Shown here: in pieces, positions 13,230-22,977 of the stretch
Layout of the letters: the number at the start of each line of letters is the position of its first letter
How positions within the stretch are numbered: position 1 is the stretch's first letter
Assembly (NCBI GenBank): GCA_964057225.1
Contig: OZ059897.1
Location: forward strand, 14,632,001 to 14,696,000
Direction: 5' to 3'
Source of the DNA: Auanema rhodensis
Taxonomy: Eukaryota > Animalia > Nematoda
Length of the DNA: 64,000 nt
Translations under genes and position numbers: made by a program
Notes under the pieces: model-generated
What the model saw: the letters and a program-made list of their open reading frames with translations, nothing else
What the model was told of the DNA's origin: nothing
Databases searched by the model: none

Positions 13230-14237
13230 GCGTACCTACAAAATAAAATAAATACATTTCTGTAATCAAAGTAGTAAAATATACAACATTTAAAACTATA
13301 TAAGAATACCGGCATATGCCTCCTCAGCGAGAATGGATCCAGCTGTGCATAGGTTGACATTTGGCGTGGCGAGAGTTTGATTGGGACGCACACTAAAACA
13401 AAAATTTTGAAAGAACTCTAAAAAACCTTCAAACTTCTCAAATAGCAATATTATTTATAAAAGGTTATAAAGTTATAAAAATATACCAGCATGAGCCGCC
13501 TCAGTGAGAATGGGTTCGGCTCGGCATAGGTTCGTTGTAGGATTTATCGCATCGCTTGAATCCTTAATAAATTATTATTCCATCATTAAATGTTTTTGCA
13601 TTAAGTGCTGTAATTTATAATTCTAATAATAGAAAAAAAATCATACCACGTCGACATTTGGCTTGCCGAGAGTTTGATTAGGACGCACACGAAGTAAAAA
13701 AAAATTTAAAAGAACTTCAAAAAGCTTTTAAACTTTTCCAATATCAATATTATTTATAAAAGGTTATAAAGTAGAAAAGAAAAGTTTATTCAAACCTGTT
13801 TGCAGGGTAAGCTTAGCATGAATTTCTCGGATCACTGCAAGAAGAATGCCTATGACAACTGCTTGAGTTGGAAAGTCCATATCGATTTGCCTAAACGGAT
13901 AAAAGGGTTATGAGTTATGTAAAAAAGACAATTAACATGTGAAACCAATTATTAAAGCAATTAAATAATGTTAAAAATAAAATATTCACTCACTTCGATC
14001 GCACAATTTTCATAACGCGATCATACAAATATTCAATAGCCAGAGCATCAGCCTAAAATTATATTTTCATTAAAAATATAAATATGTACATACAAAACTT
14101 CAAACAATAATAGTTCAACTTACCGAAATAAAATGAGAAGCCATCAACAAGGAACCCCGAGCACGCAATCTGTAAAGATATCCAATGAAATTTAAATGAT
14201 TAAATGATGAAATAATGGAAAAACTGCCCCCGTCCAT
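13182..14237 (-). other. Small multi-exon orphan gene or pseudogene with internally duplicated exons
   Basis: Short GT-AG-bounded segments read ...LLMASHFIS / ADALAIEYLYDRVMKIVRS / QIDMDFPTQAVVIGILLAVIREIHAKLTLQT / DSSDAINPTTNLCRAEPILTEAAHA / VRPNQTLATPNVNLCTAGSILAEEAYA / TPANDEEIDALEHIKQM*. 13357-13490 and 13653-13775 are tandem paralogous. Frame continuity is uncertain. Confidence 0.4.
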
Positions 14238-14399
14238 GTTATATGATCACTATTACAAAAATAATAAATTATTTCTTCGAACAATATCATATATTGTAGA
14301 AGCACCGAAAAAAAAATCTCTTTTCTATTCACAAAAGTCAGAATGTGGTGGAAGAATGTAACTAGTGTCGCGTCGCATGCGCATAGTTCAATTTGAAAG

Positions 14400-15034
14400 A
14401 GATCTTTTAGAAAAAACTTTTCAAATCATTGGAAATTAATCTCTTCTCAACTTATTCAGATAAAAAAGTGTTAAAAGATTTAACAGAACTCTTGAAGAAA
14501 AAATGTGGAAAATTTTTACTCTTCAAGGAAATCATAGGACTGATATTCTTGATGATGTAATTCAAGGATATAATAATCATTATCACTCATTCATAAAAAT
14601 GACTCCCACACAGAAAATAAAGGAATAGTTTACAGTAATTTATTTCCCAAGTAGAGAAAATATAAAAAGAAATAAATACAAATTTTAAGTTAGGTGATAC
14701 TGTAATAATAACTAAGTGTAAAGCTATTTTCGATAAAGGTTATTTACCAAATTGAAGTACTGAACAATTAAAAGTTTCTGAAGTTCATCTATTCTCAGAA
14801 GGACCAATTATGTATTCTATTAAAGATCTTGCATATGAAGAAATAAAAGGTAAATTCGATGAAGAAGAACTAATACTTTACAATAATGTTACTCAGGAGT
14901 ACAAAATCGAAAAAGTGATAAAACGTAGAACAAGAAAAGAAAATGGAAAACCATTCAAAGAGTTACTAGTCAAGTGGTATGGATATCCAGATAAGTTTCA
15001 TTTTTGGATTCCTGCTGATGATTTAAAATCTTAA
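14400..15034 (+). mobile_element. Degenerate Maverick/Polinton retroviral-type integrase C-terminus with chromodomain
   Basis: RFNRTLEEKMWK...DILDDVIQGYNNHYHSFIKMTP...GDTV...FDKGYLPN*STE...YKIEKVIKRR...LLVKWYGYPDKFHFWIPADDL, with stops and frameshifts. Confidence 0.85.
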
Positions 15035-15074
15035 GAATCAAACGCTTATTCAATTTTATTCAAAAATCTAGGTG

Positions 15075-15640
15075 TATTCTTTACACTGCCAACCTTAACT
15101 CGATTATCTTGACTTCAACAATATTTTCACTCAAAATAAGGCTGTAACATTTAGTACTTTTGAGGAATATTGTAACATCAGGTCTACTTTTAATAATTAT
15201 ATCATTTTGTTCTGATACATCAAATACTAATAACGGATAATAATATTAATAAACATCTTCTTCAATGAAAATATAATCTTTGACTGATTCGTAATAACTA
15301 TTTCTGAATTCTTTAGCAAAATTGTATATTTATCAAAGTCAAACTTCAGACATTCATATGGATACCTTTCTGAATTTTGTTCAACATAGATTTCTTCTAG
15401 CCCACAATTATCGAAACCCATAATTACCAAGTAAATTATCGATAACCATTAAGATTGCTCTACCAAATAGAAACATTGGAGCATTATTAGTCAGAGAGAC
15501 TTCATCAGTGTCACTTAATGCACTAGAGTCTGATTTATTCACCGATGTTTCTAAATTAATATAAGATTTATGAAAGAGAAGGTATTGATCACAAGTTTCA
15601 TTAATAAAATTAATTTCTCCATGCTGATTTAAACTAGAAC
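15075..15640 (-). mobile_element. Internally deleted Maverick/Polinton major capsid protein remnant
   Basis: N-terminal-like SYINLE...LTNNAPMFLF joined to C-terminal-like FDNCGLEEIYVEQNSERYPYECLKFDF and VFDVSEQND...CYSLILSENIVE, motifs I recognise from Polinton double-jelly-roll capsid proteins. Adjacent to the integrase. Confidence 0.65.
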
Positions 15641-16003
15641 CCTATGAAGGAAAAATGATTATTGTATTTTTTTCTTATCGAAATAAAGGAAAAGAAATAT
15701 ATTTCAAAAAATATTTTGACATTTTTGATAAAATAGGAATAGACTATTAGGCTTTTCTGCATTTCTTGCCACCAACTATTCATAGCAATTATAATGCAAA
15801 GTTCTTAGCGGTTGAAGGTGCAAATTAAATTTTAATTTTTTTGTTCATTTGTTGTATTAAGATAGTCATCTGTCTTTGCAAACCATTGTATCTTTCATAT
15901 ACTGGTGGAGTTATGAGATGACCACCATCAATTTCTGTGAAGTTCAACTACGAATACGTTTGTTCTGACATAATCAGAAATTGAAGAGAAATTATATAAA
16001 AAC

Positions 16004-16183
16004 TTTAATATTTTTGAATTTTTATTAAAGAATACGTGAATGTTCACGTGAAAATCATTTTTTATTGTTTTGTTATTACCATTTTTTTTATTTTTCAATC
16101 TCACACCTTTGTGAATCAGTTGTTTCTGATTATTTAAAATAAATAATTCTAATATATTTTATGTTCCTTGTTTAATCAAGACA
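16004..16183. repeat. Dispersed element-associated repeat; inverted copies at 19578-19658 and 20402-20522
   Basis: 16004-16070 is the near reverse complement of 19590-19658, and 16062-16183 is the near-perfect reverse complement of 20402-20522. Confidence 0.85.
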
Positions 16184-16334
16184 TAAAAATGGTGCAGCGG
16201 TAAAATAGCCGATCAAAAAATAACAAAAAAAAATAATTAACGTTCATAAGTTAAAAGAGATACCGTAATAAGACAGGAATTCAAAAAAGAATTGTCAATA
16301 CACTTGCAAAAAGAGAAGAATTACTGTATGTACT

Positions 16335-19300
16335 AGTAGAGAGCCATGCCGAATTTACTAACCACGCCCCCAAACAGTTGCTAAAAACATACTTTTGAGG
16401 GCGTCAGCTGTCAAAATCATACTTTTCATCAAGAGGCAGGCTCTCGAGCCTGCGCATGGATCAAAATGCATGATATTTTAAAAATTTATATATTTTCTAA
16501 ATATTTTTAAAATTATTTCTTTTTAAATGTGTTTTTAAAATTACCAGATAAGACTACTTCTGACCTCATCATCGTTTAGACATTTCATCTGTTTATCAGT
16601 TACTGATTGTATTAAATCTATTCCTTTATGCTCAAGAGGTCTACTAGTATGTGCTGAGTCTTCAGTCTAAATTACCTGAAAATAAAGGAAAAGCTTGTAG
16701 AAGATCTTATCAGACCTATGCTGTGACAGTACCGAAGAGTATAAAGCCTATGAATATTAAAACAACGATTCCCCCCTTTCTGTATTACCCCTTATCTCTC
16801 TGTCTTTCTCACTCGTTCTCCCTCTTTTACGATTCGTCTCTCTCTATATCTTGTTATCTTTCTTTTATATCCTTTTATCTCTTGTCTAAGATTCTTTCCA
16901 CCTTTTGCAGCCATATTATTAAATGCAAAGAAAGTAACCATAATACTAGTTATTATAATCTATGCTACACAATCATAGTTAGTGTTTCAACTCAGCTGAA
17001 TCTTTTCTGTTTTAGTGTGTCTTCTCTCATATCCATTTTTCTAATACCAACTATATGTGAGCACCTTATCTAAAGAAAACTTGTTCGGCCAATTTAGTCT
17101 TGTTTTGGTTTTTTTATTGTCTAGTATTGTGTAACTCATAAAAGTTTTGATTATTTCTGTTCCAGCACCTAATTTTTTATTTTGTACTTGACGGCTATTG
17201 CATAAATCTGATAATACAAATAGTTAAATATATCTTAAGTGCATCCAGCTTACGATAATAATTAGAAGAGCATGAAGATACAAACCAGTAATCCAATTTT
17301 GTAATTTTTCTTAAATCTGTTTCCAACATTTTGTTTGAAACGTACATTGAATGCAGACCGCTATCAACGGCTCAGCTTACGACCTTGTCTATTGTCCAGA
17401 TAGCACAGTTCCTGAAGCTAAAGGCTGGTTCATTGTTTGCTCATACGGTATAGGTGCGAGCACTTTGATATTTGGAATTTACTGTTCACGTCTGATGATT
17501 AACATATTAACAGATGAATATGGATCCTTTATTAAATATATTTATGTTTATCATATATCTTGTATGATATCCGGAATAGTCGTTTCATTATTTGGGGTAA
17601 TAATAAGTAAAATAGTCAAGAAATATGAATTAGATTTAGGCTCCAGTATATTATCTGCCACTGTTGTCTGGATATAGCATAGGTTTTTGGAATTATCTAT
17701 CCCTTCCACTTTTATATCAAACATATATTAATATTTTTCTTCATTTTGCTGGATATGCTATCTGTATCATGTTGTTTTTCTATCGATATTGGATAGTTCG
17801 AGCAGGAAACTACGATAGTAGATCTTGGATATTTCGTTTGGGAGTTATAGTAATAAGCCTGACATCTGTTGTTCCATTATTAATCGTTATGATTTTTATT
17901 CCGCATGATTTATCCAGTTTAGACAGTTTGGTTAAAGTATGTTTTGAGAAAAACTGTTCGAAATCTTCTCTTCTAGTCATGTCCAGCTTATTCTACACTT
18001 CTGAACATTCCAAACGCAGCTAATATAGGAAGATATCACAATGAATTTTTTCTTCGAATGGATCTCATTTTATTTTTTATAATTTCTGTACTTTTCATAA
18101 TATCTTTATTCGTTCTAAAACACTTAATTATAAGTAATTTGGATGAACAAAAGTTATCAATGTCTCAGAAGACATTATTGCTTCATCGAAAGCTACTTCG
18201 AGCTCTTCAGTTCCAGGTTATTTTATGACAATTTAATCATATTATTGTAACCAAAAAGATGTTTGAGGTGCAAAACAAAAATTGCGATTACAATCTGAAT
18301 GAATATACTAGAAAAGACAGATAGTGTGATATATTCAAAACAGAGCAAATTATATTCGATAAACTCTATAAACTTTTCAGCAACTGAGAAAAAAAAATTA
18401 AAATTGTATTCAAAGCACAAATGAAAATTAAATGATCCCTAAACGAACAATAAAATAGCCTAAAAGTATAGAATAACATTGTATGGGTTCGTAATGTGTT
18501 CTTTTCTATTCTGAAACATAAAACACCGCATTCTCTTATACATAGACGTAATATTTATAATTAATTTAAGGCTTTTGTTCCAAGTAGCTTTGTAGCTGGT
18601 CCAATTGTAATATTCTATATTATTTTGTATTTCGATATACCAGTACCTCTAGGTTTCACAATGTACTTTAAGTGAAATATTTAAATAAATTTCAGAAATT
18701 TCCCATTTATTGATTACATGTACACAATTGCATGGAATAGCTAATACAATAGGGATTATAGTTCTTAATAATACTTTATTAACTCAATTCATTCAAGGTA
18801 TTCTGAATATATTTTCAAATAACAAGCAGATTCCATTTAGATTTTCTTAATCTAGTGGGTGTCAAGGAACAATTTGTTCTGAAATCATCATTTTCTACGG
18901 TTCTGAAATTATCATTTATATCAAAGGTTTGGCGTTTGTCCACAGATTCATCTAAATTATTTTAAATTTCAGAAATCATCTACACTAACAACAACTCATA
19001 GTACTGTTCATCCAATTTAAGTTATTTAGTTATTTACTCATGCATTATTTATATTATTTTTATGGAATTATAATTATATTCTTCTAGCTGATTTACTGTA
19101 GTTGTGTTTTTGACGTTGGTTTAATCCTACACCCAAACTCCGATATTAACAATAAGCTGTCAAACAACCTGGAAATTGCTTTGTAATGTAAGACGGAAAT
19201 GATGAATTAACTATAAATAACAGTCAACTTAGAACTTATTCTATTATATGTAATAAACAATTTAAATACCGAATTATAGCTGTCACTAGCCATACAGAAA

Positions 19301-19820
19301 AATATGAAATCAAGAATAATATAAAGCTTCGAGTTTTTCTCAGAAATCATCAACTAAAATCAAATAAAAATAATTTGAGGTTGGGTATTCAGATGTGTAG
19401 AATCTGAAATTCCTAGTGAGATTTGGCTATGACTTCTGATTTTTCCGTAAATACGGTTTATACCGAGACCATCCACAAGGTTTGTTCACAAAGAAGTTCA
19501 GGCTGTGGTCACGTTGTGCCCAATGAATGTAAAATTAGAATTATTTATTATTAATCATCGGGAACAACCGATTAACAAACGTGTGAGATTGAACAATAAA
19601 AAATGATTTTCACGTGAACTTTCACGTATTCTATAATAAAAATTCAAAAATATTAAAAATATTTCTTTATGAAAAGTATATTTTTGACAGCTGACGCCGA
19701 AAATATGATTTTGACAGTAGACGCCCCCAAAAGTATGATTTTGACAGCTGACGCCCTCAAAAGTATGTTTTTAGCAACTGTTTGGGGGCGTGGTTAGTAA
19801 ATTCGGCATGGCTCTCTACT
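16335..19820. mobile_element. Non-autonomous Maverick/Polinton-type element (3486 bp) carrying a chemoreceptor gene
   Basis: Perfect ~91-bp TIRs (16335-16425 / ~19730-19820) starting AGTAGAGAGCC and ending GGCTCTCTACT. Flanks TGTACT (16329-34) and TGTATT (19821-26) form a 6-bp TSD with one mismatch. ~30-bp subterminal tandem repeats at 19672-19780. Confidence 0.8.
17351..19020 (+). CDS. Srh/Str-superfamily 7TM chemoreceptor, apparently intact, 7 exons
   Basis: Exons 17351-17596, 17640-17936, 17977-18216, 18571-18652, 18696-18797, 18841-18926 and 18973-19020 splice in frame. Motifs APVYYLPLLSGYSIG, FFYRY, MSQKTLLLHRKLLRALQFQAFVP, QLHGIANTI. Confidence 0.85.
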
Positions 19821-20043
19821 TGTATTCGAAGAAAATTTTGTAGAAAAAAGAGAATTTTTATGAATATTTAAAAGATTATTTGACAAGATTCTCCAATTTA
19901 ATGGAAAAAACTATAATATTGAGAAACGATGTAAATTTTCCTGAGATAATGGATAGTTCAGAAAAGTCAATAATCATTGAAAACTGGAAAAATCTTAAAA
20001 AGGAAATAAGAGAATTTGTAAAAATCGGTCAAATAAAAATAAA

Positions 20044-20565
20044 AAATACCTAGTAGAGCAGGCTATGGTTCATTAGTGTGTGTGTGTGGAATACCTTTAT
20101 AACTTTTCCAACAGTCGGAAATTATGGTTGAACCTCCCTTATTGACTCTCTGATACAAGCTACGAGAGTTTCCTTAGTTCGATCGGGGACAACATAGATG
20201 AAACATTCTTTGGTTTCGCGGCATACACTACCAAAGACCCAAGTTTGCTTCTTCAGGCGTACTACGTTGTATTTCCTTCTCGAAACTAAGCTCTCATCCA
20301 CTTCTACAGCCACCAATTTCTACGGGAGGATTTCTAGGAGACGCCAGGCACACACTTCTCGAAGAAAATTATTATAATCAACAGTAGTGTGGTGTAAACG
20401 TTGTCTTGATTAAACAAGGAACATAAAATATATTAGAATTATTTATTTTAAATAATCAGAAACAACTGATTCACAAAGGTGTGAGATTGAAAAATAAAAA
20501 AATGGTAATAACAAAACAATAACTTTAGGCAGTTAATAAACCTTAGCCTGCTCTATTAGGTATTT
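20044..20565. mobile_element. ~520-bp element bounded by ~32-bp imperfect inverted repeats containing AGTAGAG
   Basis: aaatacctagtagagcaggctatggttcatta (20044-20075) versus the reverse complement of 20534-20565, aaatacctaatagagcaggctaaggtttatta. No direct TSD seen. Confidence 0.6.
20090..20395 (-). pseudogene. Merlin (IS1595/ISXO2-like) DDE transposase fragment
   Basis: TVDYNNFLREVC...VEVDESLVSRRKYN...WVFGSVCRETKECFIYVVPDRTKETL, then a frameshift to GSTIISDCWKSYKGI. Confidence 0.85.
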
Positions 20566-20639
20566 GTTTATACTAAATTTATTCTATCATCATTACAAAG
20601 ATAATGAATTCTTTCCTCGAAAAGAACAAAAATTTTGTG

Positions 20640-21638
20640 CTCAATGACATTAGAAGTGATACTTCAGTCAAAATATTTTTGAAACAGAGTTCAGACAAAA
20701 GAAGGACTCCATAGAAGCAAAATTTGCTGTAAGATTGAAAACTAAAGAGCTGTATTGGTGAAGATCGAGAAAAATGGTATCAACATGCATGTCAAGAATT
20801 ACAAATGAATATGGAAAACATACAAACATGTGGATCAGGTTGGATTATTTCAGGAAGCAATTATCTCCAAATGGATAAAACTATTTGTAATTCACTTGAT
20901 GGAAGTAAATATATTGATCTACCTGATTGGATAAAAAATAACAAAGCTGTGATAAATGGAAAAAACAATGATGATAAATGTTTTATGTGGTCTGTACTAG
21001 CTCATCTACATCCTGCAGAAGATCATGTTGAAAAAGTTTCTAAGTACATACCTTTTGAGAATGAATTGAAGTTTGATGACCTCAAGTTTCCTATGAAAAT
21101 TAGAGATATTGATAAACTGTAAAAGATGAATGATCTTGTGGTTAATGTTTTCAAGTGTTGTCAAAGAAGCGGTGTCATCGATCGTTTACGTCCTTCAAGA
21201 AAAATCATTAGAGATACTAACAGAATTGTCAATCTTTTGTATCATGAAGACAATAAAGGAAATTCACATTACTCTCTTATTAAAAATCTCAATAAATTAC
21301 TCAACAAACGAGGTTGTCATCAGCAACAATTTTGTATACACTGTCATTCTCCTCACAGCAATAAATTTAAATATGATAGACATATCGAGGATTATGGTAG
21401 AAACAAGCAGAACATAAATTATCGAAAAAAGGAGTAACGAAAAAAAAGAACATCAGCAAAACTCAGAAACATCGCTTTGTTGTATATGCTGACTTTGCAT
21501 AATTTGAAAATTTAGTACTGTTTTATATGATCCATCAGAATCATGGACTATGGATGTTGGAAAACATATTGCAGCTGGATTTTATGTCATTGTTGTGGAC
21601 TCATTCACCGAAAAGATACATAGCATTAAGTCATATCA
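20640..21638 (+). mobile_element. Degenerate N-terminal region of Maverick/Polinton protein-primed DNA polymerase B
   Basis: GSGW...LDGSKYIDLPDWIKNNKAVINGKNNDDKCFMWSVLAHLHP...LKFPMKIRDI...HYSLIKNLNKL...FCIHC...FVVYADF. Contains stops and is truncated at the direct-repeat boundary. Confidence 0.85.
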
Positions 21639-22977
21639 TTGTATTTAATTTAATTTTTATAAATTATGTGATATGATAAATAATTTAATTGTAAAATTTA
21701 TTTATTTTATTATACAAATATCTTAATTTTAATATAAAATTTATAATAATTAAATATATGCATATTATTAATTGATATTACATAGTAATTAAAAAAAAAA
21801 TAAATAAGATTGTAAACTCTTATGTTATAAATAGATTCATAATCTTAAGATAATTTTTTCTTTTTTTGCGAAAAAATGCAAAAAAAAACGGATTTTTAAT
21901 GTTTTTTCTTCAAAGTAATTACTGAGTTATGCAACTTTGTTTTCGAGAGTTACGTGCTTCCTCCAACACTGACTTCTTTCGTCTCTCACATCGAACTTGT
22001 TCTAAAGCGAATCGTTGTCCAGTTGCAAATGAATCTTCAAATACTTCATCCAATCCTTCCTACAAACATTAAAGTTTTGTGTTGAATTATCAACTTGAAC
22101 GAAATGAACATGAAAATTAAAAAACTTACTGCTGTTGTAGCTGAGCATTCCAGATATCGAATTGCTCCTATTTGCTTCGCAAAAATCTCAGCTTGACTTA
22201 AAGCCATTGGTTGATCATTACTGAAACGGAGGTTCCAATTACAAAACAAAATGTTTTTGTGGAATTTGTTTATAAAAAGAAGAATAAATGTATATGTATA
22301 TATGAGTATTATCAGGTGTCAAACGAATTTATAGTATTTTTGAACTCAAAAGTGTTATTTTGGCCATTTTTTGCTTCCTCTTTACAATTACATCAAAGAT
22401 TAAAAGCTAATGTTTTTGATATAAATTAACTAAAAATAGATTTTAATGTACAATTTTTTGTTTAAAAAATTAAGAAAAACTAACTCTTCAGATCCTTCTT
22501 TTAAATATTTTGTCCTTTTATCAATTTGAGTACCAACAACAACGAAAGGAACAGTTCCAACATGATCTTTGATTGACATCATTAACTGAAAATAAATTAT
22601 AAAATTAAATATTATAACTATATTATTATAAAATATTTTATTTTATTTAGAATAATGAAGAAAAAAAAACATTTTGTATATTTAATTTGTATTTTTAAAA
22701 CAAAAAAAAAATAATTTTTTTATCTCATTTATCACTTTTATTTCTGTTTTTTTTTTCAGAAAAAAAAATCTCCTTCCCTAATATATGTCTTCATGTTATG
22801 AACTATGTACATATGTTTGAGAAATGTTGTTTGATCTTGTCCTCTACCAACAAATCAACTTTGTATCTGATTCTAACAAGAAATATTCCAAACGTATCGT
22901 AGCTTATCTTGTTGGCAAGCAGACGATAATGTGATGAACGAACATCGAAGGAATGAATATTAGATATGAAGCTATAT
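21639..22977 (+). repeat. Direct repeat copy 2 of 11623-12960
   Basis: See copy 1. Confidence 0.95.

Noticed and set aside
15760-15975. Coding-like fragment between the capsid remnant and the repeats
   Set aside because: Stops in the frames examined and no motif I can recognise.
17351-18023. Apparent frameshift between ORFs 17351-17677 and 17664-18023 suggesting a pseudogene
   Set aside because: A 43-nt GT-AG intron (17597-17639) restores the frame and the conserved PxxxxPxxxGY motif.
19672-19780. Regular ~30-bp repeats resembling a CRISPR array
   Set aside because: Tandem units without unique spacers, eukaryotic context, no cas genes; these are subterminal repeats of the element.
12961-21638. 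Short inverted match (atatgactt) near both ends of the 8.7-kb insert as possible TIRs
   Set aside because: Only 9 bp, AT-rich and not flush with the junctions; likely chance.
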